A DNA stretch of 63,659 nucleotides, the filler included, from Rhabdomonas costata (taxonomy: Eukaryota): NCBI GenBank assembly GCA_019059605.1. It is 46 parts of 46 records of this genome, joined end to end, with 100 filler letters (N's around TTAATTAATTAA, not from the genome) between each part and the next. Parts side by side here need not be neighbours in the genome. Positions count along the whole stretch, not along the records: positions 47,139 to 48,424 come from JAHMHO010020627.1; positions 48,525 to 49,798 come from JAHMHO010020628.1; positions 49,899 to 51,184 come from JAHMHO010020629.1; positions 51,285 to 52,571 come from JAHMHO010020630.1; positions 52,672 to 53,957 come from JAHMHO010020631.1; positions 54,058 to 55,343 come from JAHMHO010020632.1; positions 55,444 to 56,729 come from JAHMHO010020633.1; positions 56,830 to 58,115 come from JAHMHO010020634.1; 38 more parts are not named here. One strand, 5' to 3'. The notes below the pieces were generated by a model. That model saw nothing but the letters and a program-made list of their open reading frames with translations. It was not told the origin of the DNA and did not search any database. The translations under genes were made by a program, and so were the position numbers. Below are positions 47,787-61,129 of the stretch, one piece after another; position 1 is the first letter of the stretch; each line of letters begins with the position of its first letter.

Positions 47787-50053
47787 CTGTGGGAAAAGTG
47801 TGGACAGGCCACAGCGAACGCAGCTACCTACTTGCAGCAATCGCACAAAGGCAGCTACCTTCACCATTACAAATGTTAGGGTGACACCAAAGCGCAGAGT
47901 GCGATCACCTCCAACTCGTCGTTTGTGGGAAAAACCGCAACGTCTGGGGAAAGGCCACCAGTGAAGCGGAACCTAAGGAGCTTATCGCCAATGTCTCCAC
48001 ACGTGATTCCTTCCCCGACTGTTGTGTGAAACAAAAGCCCCCCCCCATCTCTCGATACGAACCTGGTCGCTAAACAAGACCAGTGAACCTCATTAGACCA
48101 GACCTCGTGACATTACAAGAGAAGTTCAATAAAAAAGAATAAAAAAAGGTCAGAGCAGTTGTGTCAGCAGTTGTGGTATGCTCAGGTGGTGCACAAAGCG
48201 GTGGTTGTGATGGGAAGCAGAAATACTGCGAGAATTTACCTCTCTCTAATGTATCTCTTGTCGATAATTTACTACTCTTGACTCAACGGACTGCAACCAT
48301 AAAACCACAGCAGCTATCATGACCAAACCCACGTCTCCGGGGGTCGAGAGACGGAAAAGTATGGTGACCACACAGAGCTTCGACTTCCGTCAACCTTCTT
48401 ATTCGTCAAGAAAAACACCACACCNNNNNNNNNNNNNNNNNNNNNNNNNNNNNNNNNNNNNNNNNNNNTTAATTAATTAANNNNNNNNNNNNNNNNNNNN
48501 NNNNNNNNNNNNNNNNNNNNNNNNGTTGGTGGTGGGTTTGCTGACTCGCCATTAATTTCGGACTTCACCACACTGATGCAAACATTCGCTTTCCCATGTT
48601 GTACGTGACCCCGTTTCTGTGTGCGACTCACGTGAGTACTTTCGAGGATCGTCAAATGCTCGTTTCACGAAAATATTTAATACAAGGTCACACGATGATA
48701 GCATTGCTCCACGATGCATTCGCCACTGTTGTGGTGGTTGACCCAGCTGCCATCAGGGCACGATCAAAGGTCCCAGAGCTCCCAGAGATGCTTGGAAACG
48801 TCAAGGGACAGGCGTCCTTTCTGATGCACTACAGGCGCCGCACACAAACTCCAAAGCTTGTGTGGTCTTTGCAGACGGCGGCGGCGGCTCGGTGGTGGCA
48901 CTGCCAGTGGGGAGGAGAACGATCATGATTCCCGTTTGTGATGTGCAGAGAAAGTACTGAGCACATGTTATTGACCTATTCACGTTACCTATGCTGGCAA
49001 CGCCTTCCCTTCGGGTCGAGCCGTCCTGGCGCAGAATGAGCAGGCACGCGTCGTCTCCACCGCAATATCGCCCATGTGTTACATTTGGCTTGATACGACG
49101 ACCTCATCCTATCTCCGCTCTTTCTGAAAACAGGAGTGTTGGGAGAGATCTGAGCAAGGACGTTTAAGGGATCACTCCAAAACTCTTGACAGACCAACCG
49201 AATCAATCTTCCGGAGATATTAATTTGGTTTTCATTTTGCAAAAAGAAAAAAAGGGGGATCAGGGAAACACCACAACGTTTTGCAACCCCCCCCCCCCCG
49301 CGCGAATCGAATTTTGGAACGTCGAAAAGAACTTTTTCATCGTAACCCGTCTAATTCCCCTTCCAACCTAGTAAAATAAGGGGAAGGGGTGGGGTGCTCA
49401 AGCTGGTTATGCAAAACTTTGTCGTGTGAGCCCCACGAACGGACGTGCACGAGCTCTTCCCAATCAGCAAACAAAACCAAACAAACCACATAACAGAATC
49501 GACAAGCCTCCCCTCACATTGCACCAGGAAGAATGCGCCATTGTAACCAATCGAACCCAAAGAAAGCTGCGCGTTCGTTCGCCATTTTCCAATGAAAAAC
49601 CAAAAGGGGGGCATTATGTACAGATAGGGACGACCGAACCTTCTAGCACTAGGAGAGGCTCCCAGTCCCGTTGGGCCCGCCTTTTCCAGGGAAAAGGGTG
49701 TGACTCTACAGAAAAATGAAACTTATGAGTGAAACACTGTATTCCCTGCCCCGTAGGGCCCGCCTTTTCCCCGGAAAAGGGTGTAACTCCACACACAANN
49801 NNNNNNNNNNNNNNNNNNNNNNNNNNNNNNNNNNNNNNNNNNTTAATTAATTAANNNNNNNNNNNNNNNNNNNNNNNNNNNNNNNNNNNNNNNNNNNNGG
49901 TTGGTGGTAAGCGGTCATTTACCGAACTAAGACAGCGGCGTACATAAGCGCCGCAGGGGCACAAAAAAGTCGACAACGACAGACACGGGACCCTCCCCGC
50001 AGCAGACGTTAATAAAACGCCCGCAGGCCTGCGGGCCACAGAGGAGGACGTAC

Positions 50054-51184
50054 GTTGGCCTTGGCGAGCAGCAGGCGGTGCACCAGCACGTTGTTGCCGC
50101 GCTCCGAGGCGAGCTCCAGGGGGGTGCTGGTGGTGCCGGAGGAGGTGGGCTGGTTGACGTCCGCCCCGGCTAGCACGAGTAGCTTCGCCACGGAGTTGTG
50201 GCTGAGAGAGAGAGAGAGAGCCAGAGGAATATGGGATTCTGGGTCGGAAGGAGAGTAGGCACCTGCCCACACACAAGAAAAACAATAAAGTCACAACAGG
50301 TCGCGAACACTAATGAGAAAGGTGGTTTCTGTTGTTCAGACAACCGCAAAAAAAAAAGCATCCAAAAAGCACAGCCGAAACAGTTTGCATTTGATGCTCA
50401 ATCGGCGATGAACGTGACAAAACGGTCCATCACAACACGCAGACGTCACGACCAATGTCTCCAATGTCTCCATTGGCACCACTGGAAAAGAAACCCCCCC
50501 CCTACGCACACACACACCCGTGGGAGACGGCAACGTACAACGGGGTGGCGCCCTCCCTGTTGGGGGCCCTGTTGAGGTCGGCGTGGGCCTGCACCAGGCT
50601 CCGCACCACCCCCTCGTGGCCGCGCTGGCACGCCACAAGCAGAGGGGTCACCTTGCCCTACGACAACAAAGCGAAAGGCGCGGGGTGGGGGGTTGAGAGG
50701 ATACATTTTTAAGGGAGGCTTTTCGCGCACCACCTGACCTCTCAGAACGAAAAGGAGAAGTGGGCCACGTTCGTTTCCCGTCACTGTCAGGTACAATCCC
50801 GGCATTCACAGCTGCCAACGATGGAACATTTACAGCCATGGGTGCGACGCTTTTAAAGAGGATTTTGGGTACCCAGGGTAGGGCGAAATCGTATTGACCG
50901 GCTGCGTTTCCTCGTCTTCTGAATTTCTTTCTCTTCACACACGCGCAAACACACCCTAACTCGCTCGCTCGCTCACTCGCACAGACATACGGACGCATGC
51001 CTGCAAGGTCGGCGAGGGGTCCGAGACCTGCTCCGCTCCACAGTCGGCGCCAGAGAGCACCTCCACGTTGGGATCCGCTCGGGCGTCCAGCAGCGCGCGG
51101 ACAACCCCCTCGTGGCCCATCTGCGAGGCCACCACCAGCGGGGGCGCCCCGCAGCACCCCCCGCGAGCGCCCTCACCACCACAA
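50054..51184 (-). CDS. Ankyrin-repeat protein (exons >51061, 50651-50518, 50201-50054)
   Basis: [78 protein letters not shown]. Confidence 0.93.
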
Positions 51185-52677
51185 NNNNNNNNNNNNNNNN
51201 NNNNNNNNNNNNNNNNNNNNNNNNNNNNTTAATTAATTAANNNNNNNNNNNNNNNNNNNNNNNNNNNNNNNNNNNNNNNNNNNNGGTTGTTGGGGGATCC
51301 TCATCTTTGAGCACCGCAGCACACTGAGCAACATTAACACTTGCATGCTGCAAGACGATCCCAACTATATTTCCAGACACTCATATCAGAGAGGTTTAAC
51401 ACATGCACACATACACCGTATTTTACCTGGGAAACGGGCATAAATGCATCAAACAGGAAAACGTTCAAGGTCTCACACCTTCATGTTGCAGCACCATTCC
51501 GGATTTACCGGATGATCATAAAAAAGACGCAGCACGACACAGTATCGCTGCCGGACAACATATGACCTCCCGGACGGAGGCGTGTCGTCTTGCTGGAAGC
51601 TGGATTAGGAAAGGGGCAGCGTTGGCACAGAGCACGAATGTTGAATTGCACCTTTGAAGTGGTCTTGAATTTGAAAATTATATCACTGGGGACATTTATT
51701 TGGGAGAGTCGGCATCGCTTGAGGCAAGGGCCGTCCCGACGGACAGCCGGACAGCCAAGCGAAACCAAAATGAGAGAGAGCCCAAAGGACCAAAGGACTT
51801 CCCAAGGAAAATCGTCTGAGAGATGCCTGCGTCCAGATTGCTCTTCAAAAACCTTTGCGGAGAACAAACGCTGCCGCACACGCCACACGCATGTCAGAAC
51901 GTTATCAAACCACAACCGTCAAGCCGCTGAGCTGCTGAAAACAAGCATAGCACCAAATGCAAGCAAAAGAAAGGAGAAGCCGAAAGGATGAGGACAGGAA
52001 TGACTGAGCCTCCAAATGCACAAAACTGCACATTCTTTCTTTTTGGCGGTACTTGCTGCGGCACAGCTCACAGCAATCTCAGATGTGACCGTTCCCAATC
52101 GTCCCCAAGCCCAAACCCACTCACTGGCCTTCTCACTGCCGCTGGAACTGCATCATTAACTGCTGGTACGCCGCGACAGTCTGGGGGTCGAAGGGGTTGG
52201 CCCCGGCCACGGGGACCCCGTAGGTCCCAGCGGCAGTAGTGGGCATCACAAAGGGCAGCCCAGCGACCATGGAGGGCTGACAGACCGGCTGGGCACGAGC
52301 CAAGTGAGAACCCTCCTGGCGGTATCTGCAAGAGAACAGAGAACCCCAACCTGTTCATCGACAGATTATTGAGTGATGCAAGCAGCTCGCGAATGTGAAT
52401 AAAAACAGCACACTTTCTCCCTTTTCCCTGGAGTCACAGATGCCACCCACGTGAGAAGCCCTTAGGAAATGCTTGAGACAGGTTACAGAATCTGTAAGGC
52501 TTCTGATCACGTCTGTCTTGCGATCTCTTTGCACTGCTCACTTCGGGAAATTCTGCATTTTAAAACAACAANNNNNNNNNNNNNNNNNNNNNNNNNNNNN
52601 NNNNNNNNNNNNNNNTTAATTAATTAANNNNNNNNNNNNNNNNNNNNNNNNNNNNNNNNNNNNNNNNNNNNTTTGTT

Positions 52678-52739
52678 TTGGCATTGCTTCGTGTAACGAA
52701 CCCCGCACTTGCCGGGTTCGTTACACGAAGCAATGCCAA
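52678..52739. repeat. Perfect 26-bp inverted repeat at a contig start
   Basis: ttggcattgcttcgtgtaacgaaccc / gggttcgttacacgaagcaatgccaa. Confidence 0.93.
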
Positions 52740-52874
52740 GACAACGCCACTTCAATATAAGGTAAAAATGACTTTGAATGGAAAACCATCACAAACCATT
52801 CTCTACGTTTCCAGGTGCAAAAAAGAAAAGGAAGGTTCGATAGAGGAAAAGGAAGGGGGGAGAGGGAAGCGCAC

Positions 52875-53626
52875 CAGCAGCTGCACCATCACAACGGCCT
52901 TGTTCTGAGTGATAAGCCTGGGACTGTAGCTGACGGGGATCTGCAGAGTGGCGAAGGGCTCCAAGGTGTGCGAGCGGCGCTTCATGATCAGGTTGAACAG
53001 CTCCGCTCCAGGGACGTCATCGTCACTTGGCCTGAGAGATTTTATGGGGAAGAGAGAGGTTCAGTTGGGGCAACCTCATTTTGCAAAAACAAAACGAATC
53101 TGCTAATGTGGATACGTTCATTGGGATTGCACAATAAAGTAGGTAGGTTACATGTGCCCAATGGTTGCAATACATAAGATATGCGTGCAACAGGCAAGTT
53201 ATAGTGAAGCGCTGCTCAAATCTTGGCATAGGTCTGACAAGCATAAGTGCGATCGATTCCTGCGTTGCTTGCCAGCGATGATGCCAGCTGCTCTCGGAAA
53301 TTCCTGAATTTATTTGAGCAGACCACGCACTCCGCCTTTTTGCACGCGCTTCTTACTCACAATAACTCCCCCAAAAAAGGTCAAAAGAATGTGACCTATA
53401 TTCTTGAGAACTTTTTTTTTGCCCCTGGACTCTTTCCACCCTGGAGATTCTTCTTCAGACGTTGATTATATGCAGGGCACGAAGCAGGGGAGGCCAAACC
53501 AAAACCGAAAGGCAGCTCCAGAATGAAATACCTCAAGGAGACAAGCACACGCTTCACCAAAGGAAAGGGGTTCCGGAAGGCCAGCACCACAGACTCCGTG
53601 TGGCCTACTGCCGAACAGATGTCGGT
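52875..53626 (-). CDS. CFAP47/hydin-like Ig-fold flagellar protein (exons 53626-53532 and 53031-52875)
   Basis: SAVGHTESVVLAFRNPFP...R|...LFNLIMKRRSHTLEPFATLQIPVSYSP; phase-2 GT-AG intron. Confidence 0.5.
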
Positions 53627-55453
53627 CTGCAAGCACAGGCATGCGAATACATGAAAAAAAGTTTCGAAATAGGACCTTTGCGATGAAAGCCCTTCAATCC
53701 TTCAATCATGGAGGGAAAAGGCAATTCTTCACAGAGCAAAAAAAAAGTGGGACTGCGAGGAGGGCGAGGCAATCCAAAGCGGAGACGGCAAGCAAGGGTG
53801 GCATTACCGGATCCATTGGTGTGGGCTCAACCCCGATGCCCTTGACGAGATAAGTCCACTTCCCTGTGGATGTATGCAGAAACATCCGCCCGTATCCGCT
53901 TCACTCACCAAAACCAAAAAAAATACAATAACAAAACCAACCACACACACCCAACACNNNNNNNNNNNNNNNNNNNNNNNNNNNNNNNNNNNNNNNNNNN
54001 NTTAATTAATTAANNNNNNNNNNNNNNNNNNNNNNNNNNNNNNNNNNNNNNNNNNNNGTGGTGGGTGTGTTTGGTTTGGTGGGTCTTCTGTGTAACCCAT
54101 GTGTGGTGTGGTTTTGATCTGTCATGAGTTCGACCCTTGAAGAGCTTTCAATTTTTTTCGGCTCAGTAGGTCGATTTTACCACGATTCCGGCCGAAGTTG
54201 GCAATGGGTTTTGGGCGCCTTCGGTTCGCGCTGGTCACGCGACGCACGCGACTTCCACATCCACAATGAAGTTTGTATGTATGGAGTCTTGTGATTATGA
54301 TCGGTGGCTTTGTGGCATATGAGGTGAACCTGTGAAAATAAAGAGGTGAACTTTGCAGACGACAGTGCAGAAGATTGAAATCAAATAGTGTTACTCTGTC
54401 TTCTCAGCCACCTCCAAGCGGTCGAAGGGGAAGAAGCGGGTCAAGGTCCCCAAGAAGAGGAAGTCTTTGTAGCTGAACGCTCCCCCGGCCTTGCTTCATG
54501 TTTGATCGTCGTCTTGCGCCACTGCACTGACCTCACTTACAGCGCAACTTTTGGTCACAGTGGCCTTCTCTCAGCGTGTTCCCATTGATGTTCCATTTTG
54601 AAATTCGAGCAGTTCGAAAGACCTGGGGTGAGTTTAGGCCAGAGGTGAGGGGCTCGCCACATTACAACCCTTTGCTCATCATATCCGTGAAACCCTTCGC
54701 CAGAATTCGTTTTTTGCCCGCTTTGAAGTTTTGATGCCCTGCGTTCAATTGAGGTCGGGCTACATAGGGCGAGGGTGGGGCACCAGGGGTTTCTACCGAC
54801 TCATACGTTCAAAGTGGCTTGGCACAACCATGCAGGGAAACTCCGTAGCATTGTTGGCGCCTTCAGGAGAAAGCCTCCTTCACGCAAACGCAAACCAATC
54901 CGTGAGCATTGTGCATGGATGGATGGGCTCCCGCTGCGATCCAAGATGCCGATTCTCACCCTGCCACCATACAGCAAAAAGCAATTTTTACCCCAAAATT
55001 TTTTACTTAACTCTTCCCTCGTTAAGTGGGTCACAGGCTCATTCACCCCAGCCCGGCTAGTTAATTTATTTAGCAATATGGCTGGTACTTCCGGTACAGT
55101 CATCTCCCCATCACCACCGATTCAAAGTGGGTTTTGGACGAAAAGGAATCGCGTACAAGCGGTCGCGTCCGACGGCCTCTTTTTGTCTCCTTTACCGGAT
55201 CTGGTGTTGTGTGTGTTGTGTGGATGCAAGCAGGTTCACAGCCCCCCTCTTCCCTTTTCCGTGAAGCCAGCTTCCGCAGAGGCTCTTGGCTTTCCAGGTC
55301 TGGGAGCTGCTCTTCTGAACCTCTTGTCTTCCACCCCAACCCCNNNNNNNNNNNNNNNNNNNNNNNNNNNNNNNNNNNNNNNNNNNNTTAATTAATTAAN
55401 NNNNNNNNNNNNNNNNNNNNNNNNNNNNNNNNNNNNNNNNNNNGGGTTTGGGG

Positions 55454-55580
55454 CTTTGAGGATCCATGGAGACAATTTTTGTGTGTTTTGGGGGCTTAGG
55501 TCATCCGTCCACTCCAGCCGTGCCACGGGATGACCTAAGCCCCCAAAACACACAAAAATTGTCTCCATGGATCCTCAAAG
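55454..55580. repeat. Perfect 53-bp inverted repeat at a contig start
   Basis: Arms 55454-55506 and 55528-55580. Confidence 0.93.
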
Positions 55581-56614
55581 TCCCAAGCCCCCAAATACTA
55601 TTGTCTTGTTCGGAGGATCTTCACTCGTGCTTCTGTACCGATGGGGTTCGTGGGGGAAGGAGCGTGTGACACCTCTGATGATGTGGGCTCCAAAGCTGTG
55701 AATGCGTAGTTTGCATGTAAGTGATTGGCAATACAAAAAAAACGATGAAACCGCGTTCGATCTAACTCTCTTTTTTTTCCTAACGCCGTGGTCTGCAATT
55801 TTTCTTACCTTCCGCATGACTTCGTCGTTTCTCAGCAACCTCCTTTGGGAGATGGAGGCCACCTGGATTGTTGGCGCGCGGCGGGACACCGTGGTGCCTC
55901 ATCATTTGGAGCATCTCACGTATGAGGCTTTCGCTCTCAACCACAGCCACGCGCCCCCTCTTAAGCCAGTGCTTTCTCCCTCCTCCACCCAAAGCCCAGC
56001 AGGGGGTTTGGAGTACTAGTCTCACCCAAACCCCCTAATACAAGGTCACATAGGGTGTTTTCTTAAACCCCTCGCATTCAATTACAGATGGATATAAGGA
56101 CGATGGCATACCTCGCCTGACGCTGTTCTTGTTAAAATATGCTCTGCGTCAGGCCAAAAGAGAAAAATCAGACAAAGGCCAAACATCCATGGAAAAGCGC
56201 CCCTTTCGAGCTGCTTGGCAGCGAAAAGGCGTTATTTTTAGACCACTTTTTTGCTCTGTATGTTCGAAATCGTAAATTTTAATGCACAGATAGGTCCTGA
56301 TTGCTGAAGCAGTCAATTTATCCGTTTGCTCGGATGCCTTAAATTTAATTTTAACTGCACTTACCTTTGAACTTTGAACTTTGTAACAGCAGCATGTTTG
56401 TTATTTTGAACTCATTCTGAAACTGCGCGTGCGCAGCTTCCGCTCTGAAATTAACCCCGACGCAGTGGGGGTTCGTCGGCGCGTGGCGGCCACTTCCGAG
56501 GACCTCGCCGTGGCCTTTCGCTTCGCCAAGGAAGCCACTCAGAAGCGCAAATTTTCCTCCACGGCACGCAGGTGTTGCTCTCTCCAGATGAATGTCTGCC
56601 TTCTTTTGTGAAGA

Positions 56615-56723
56615 TTTTAATGGAAAACCCAAAACAACGCAATTCCCCAAAACATCATATTTTTTGAATTGCAAAAAATATGATGTTTTGGGGAATTGCG
56701 TTGTTTTGGGTTTTCCATTAAAA
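56615..56723. repeat. Perfect 52-bp inverted repeat with a 5-nt loop at a contig end
   Basis: Arms 56615-56666 and 56672-56723. Confidence 0.93.
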
Positions 56724-58349
56724 CCAACANNNNNNNNNNNNNNNNNNNNNNNNNNNNNNNNNNNNNNNNNNNNTTAATTAATTAANNNNNNNNNNNNNNN
56801 NNNNNNNNNNNNNNNNNNNNNNNNNNNNNTTTTGGTGGGGACGGCAGAAACACAGTGAGAGGCTTTAAGCTGGCACTTGACGTGCATCTCGACCGGGGCA
56901 GTCTGCGCAATTCCAGTGACATCGGTAACCAGCACAGCAGGGCTGAGAGTGCGAAAATGGGAAGCCACGAGTAGTAGTATCGACCGCTCCCTTTTTCACT
57001 TCGTCCCCGATTCTTGGCTGATGATTCCACACGGGTATGGTCTCCGGGTTCGTAGGTTTGGCAACTGGCTTCGTGGATCTGGCTCGGGTGATGGTGGCTT
57101 GGTAAGGGTATCGTGGTGAGAGTATGCGTTCGGTTGACTATCGCGGTCATGGTATGGGGTTCGTGGTCAAAGTATCGGGTGTTGGAGGACGTGCATCATG
57201 GGCTGGACGTGTATCTGGTGGTTCATGGTGTGAGGTTGCCAACTTCTAGCGGCATGTTTGTGTTTGAGTTGGACGTGATGTTGTGCCGCGCCCGCTGTCC
57301 CGGTTGCCTCGTCGTAGGGGAAGGGTGCTGGTATACGTGCATCCCACCTCTATGCCTTCTGTGGTGATGGCCATGTCCACCCAACCCGTAGCAATACGTG
57401 GAAGGAGGGATGTTGATCCTTGCGCCAGGAGTGTCACAGAGGGAGGCCGATGCACGATGCTGCCACCACCACCCCATGATTCATACACCTTCAAGGCCCG
57501 GAGGGTGGAAGGGCAGCTTCCAGTGTAAGGGCTCCTATTACGCAATCACCCACTACGTGACCGCATGCCGAACACTCTGAAGCCACATGGGGTAGTGTAA
57601 AAGCGGAAATAGCGGAAAAATGCCAAATCTGAAGGGTATCCAATGTGTACCCAAAGGTATCATTTATGCGAAGTGGAGGCCGCCGATGGCGACATGCAAC
57701 ATCCATCCTCATTCCCACCTCCGGTGGTGAGAGCGTTGAAGGTCAATGATGATGGTTGATGTTGACAATATGGCTATTCAACGTGGGTGCTTCAGACCTG
57801 ATGGTGGGCGCGGGGGCTACCGGTGCACGGGCGACCGTCACACTCACACTGTAAAGGAGAATCTGAACCCACACCACCACAACCACAGGTACCCGCTGCA
57901 TCCTACGGTGTACGGTGTACTCCCTGGGGCTCTTCACTCCGCCTTCGCCGAAGACGACCGAACGTAACCGTGCAAGCGGTGGAATGAGGGAACGACGCGG
58001 AACGACATGATGCCGTCGAGTTTTTCATAAACCTGTGAAACGACTTGAATGATGGATACTGCTGGTGGAAATGGGGTCCCGTCACCTTTCTCCTGCCAAA
58101 AGCAGCACCAACACANNNNNNNNNNNNNNNNNNNNNNNNNNNNNNNNNNNNNNNNNNNNTTAATTAATTAANNNNNNNNNNNNNNNNNNNNNNNNNNNNN
58201 NNNNNNNNNNNNNNNGGTTTTTTGTATATTTAGCAGACCTCCAAAACGCTGGCCGCTACCTCCCTTGTTGCTCCAGCGTTTTGTGTGCGGTGAATTAGAT
58301 CTTTTCGCGGTCGTGGGTCTCTCTTTCCTTCGCTCCGGTGTTGTCTCAG

Positions 58350-59101
58350 GATTCACGTCGTTGTGCGAGGGCACCCCGTCCGAAGTCCTTGTGAGCCTTA
58401 TGGCGGACTACTTTCACGTCATGTGCGGGGAGGTGCTCGCTACTGGGGGAATGCTAGATAAGGTGCTCTGACATTGTGTATGGAATGGGGGCGTACTCGT
58501 CCCTGTCGGGCCACAATCTTCGGGATGCAGGCGATTCGCCGCTGCGAGCTTCATTATTAATGGACCTGTGTGGTTAATTCAGGATCTTGCATGATATACA
58601 CCTCAGGTGGGCGGAGCAGGGCAAGGGGGGATTTACTCCCGCTTCGCCAGAACCGCTTCTACCCGAAACTCGAGAAATATTCACTGCTTCAGAAAAACTC
58701 GAAAAGAAATTTGATTCTTTTTTCTTTCGGAAAATTTCGAAAGTCTGCGTATGCGTCATCAGCATTATTATCACCTCCATAGGAGACAGGGAGGAAGGCA
58801 AAAAAAACTGATAGAATCATACGGGGCATGCCATGGCAATGGACGAAGCGCGGGTAACACCTCACAGAAATTAGCTTGGGCGATTGTATGGTTGGTTTAC
58901 TGGCGAAGGGCTGTGGAACGTGCGGGAGATTGTGATCCCTTGATGCAGTTCATTGGGGACTGCATTATGGCGCTGTGGAACGCCCCGCTTGCATTGCGGG
59001 GCCACGAGCGGGCCGCCTGCCGGGCCGCCTTGAAGATGCAGTCTGCGCTGGTCTCGCTGAACACGAAGTGGGCCTCGGACGACATGGCCGACGTGGAGTG
59101 C
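58350..59101 (+). CDS. Class III adenylate cyclase catalytic domain (exons 58350-58462 and 58949-~59101)
   Basis: GFTSLCE...DYFHVMC.EV..TGGMLDK|FIGDCIMALWNAP...HERAACRAALKMQ. Confidence 0.93.
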
Positions 59102-59411
59102 GTGACTTTTACTTTCACAGCACAGCCCTTTCCTTCCTTGGTAAATGGCGGGGATGGCGGCTCCGATTAGCCCATGGGACGAACCCCGTGGCTGTCCGCA
59201 ATGCGGCGTGCTCTGCCATGGTTTTAAAGCAAAGGGTGATAGCCGAAACCACATTGGCAAATATACTGTTGTGGATGCAGTGCTTGCTATCTTCCCTTCC
59301 CACAGTATCCTTAGCTTCGGTGGTTTCTCCCCCTTTCCCCTCCGCCCCATTTTTTCTACAATTGTAACTAAAAGGGGGGTTATAAACCTGCAAAAGAATC
59401 GATTTCTGGTT

Positions 59412-59498
59412 TTTGTGGAATAAAAAGTATCGAAATAATTCAGGTCCGGCTGGCTGGAGGTACCCGATGAAAGGTTTCGATACTTTTTATTCCACAAA
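59412..59498. repeat. Perfect 24-bp inverted repeat at a contig end
   Basis: tttgtggaataaaaagtatcgaaa / tttcgatactttttattccacaaa. Confidence 0.9.
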
Positions 59499-60532
59499 CA
59501 ANNNNNNNNNNNNNNNNNNNNNNNNNNNNNNNNNNNNNNNNNNNNTTAATTAATTAANNNNNNNNNNNNNNNNNNNNNNNNNNNNNNNNNNNNNNNNNNN
59601 NGGTTTTCGTTTCCATACCGTATCTTGCCTCCCAGGGGGGCATGCGGCTGCGCTCATCTCCACATACACTACATTTTTGAGACCAGGTAAAACGACTTCT
59701 ATTTGGAATGTTACAGACTAATCTCTCAGTTTCCCGGTGGAGCTAGCCTTATGTTTCTTTCAGTACAGCTACCACGTTTGGTAAGGGTCCGGAGACTGGA
59801 GAGGGGAGATGGAAATGGTTAATCTACGAGGGCGCACCGAGCTGCGGTGAAAAGACAGAAAACTACTCGAAACAAAAAATGCTCTGTTTGCACCCTGCTC
59901 AGGGGAAGGTTTCACTCAGCATTTCAGAATGAGATTTCTGACTGATGCATCATTGCAGTCCACGGCTGCCGTTTTGCTTCTCTCTCGCAGTGGTAGCAAG
60001 CAAACTGAAAACTCAAACCCAAAGCTGCGTTTGCGAGCGGGCAAAAAGCATCGTCCCCGCTAATCCAAAAAGAAGGGTCCTATCCTGAAGTGATTGTAGT
60101 TTTTGGTAATGCGCACTTCCGTGCTGTGCGTGTGCTCCCTGGTTCACGGAAACTAAACACGTCGGACCTTTTCCGGAGCCGCCGCACCCCTCTTGGGCAC
60201 CTTTCTGGCGGGGTCTCGATCAATTTTGGGACCTGCCATTCAATGCGCGCTTCCCGTCCCCTTACCTCTCTATCTCTCCCATTGGGTGACTCACTCAGTC
60301 TCACTCAACCGCAGCTCATTGGCCTACTCGTTGTTTAATGACCAAGAGCTTCAAGCTGTGCACGCACTGTAAGGGCGCCATGGGGGACACGCGCGTTTGT
60401 AAACCCCTCTCTCCTCTCTCTTTGTTCGAGAACCCTCCTCTTCGGCTCGTGGTGGGCAGCAAGGGCTGCTGCCTCTGGTGGTCCTCCTGAGAAGTCGGGA
60501 GAAGCTCTCTCTCTCTCTCCATCTCTGTGCAC

Positions 60533-60663
60533 CTGAAGTTCCAATGTGGGGTTGACCGGGAGGGCAATGGTGGTCCACTGCCACGACCCGCCTGGGCGGG
60601 CGTACACCTCGTGGGGTGTCCGCGTGGCGTTGGTCATGACCCAGGTGTACCCGCAGCCCCGAC
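60533..60663 (-). CDS. Probable internal exon, unknown protein
   Basis: cag|...|gtgcac boundaries; RGCGYTWVMTNATRTPHEVYARPGGSWQWTTIALPVNPTLELQ. Confidence 0.4.
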
Positions 60664-61129
60664 CTGCACACAGAAAGAAATGAGCCTCGAACAACAAATA
60701 AGGAATCTTTTCTCAAATAAATCCTCATCAGTTGGGAGGTTAAAATTACGAACGAAGAGTTCCTCTCAGAATTACCCAACCTCCTCATGCAGTAAGACTA
60801 CTGCAGAACCGGAATCCACCAAATTCATCTCGAGACGAAAACCTTCTCAAGACTCGGGACATGAAAACATAACACCCCCCCCCCACCNNNNNNNNNNNNN
60901 NNNNNNNNNNNNNNNNNNNNNNNNNNNNNNNTTAATTAATTAANNNNNNNNNNNNNNNNNNNNNNNNNNNNNNNNNNNNNNNNNNNNTGTCCTTAGGAGC
61001 TTAGGAGTCACAGCAACGTGGACATGGATGGCATTTCTGGTTGGCAGTTTACTTGACTGATAGAAAATTGAAAGAAGAGCAATCTGAGAAGGCTGTGGTG
61101 GAACAATTGCCACCTGTCTCGCCCCGCAG

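Noticed and set aside
52980-53015. GAELFNLI as a kinase GGELF motif
   Set aside because: The flanking spliced sequence (FRNPF, LQIPVSYSP) fits an Ig-like CFAP47-type protein, and no other kinase motifs are present.
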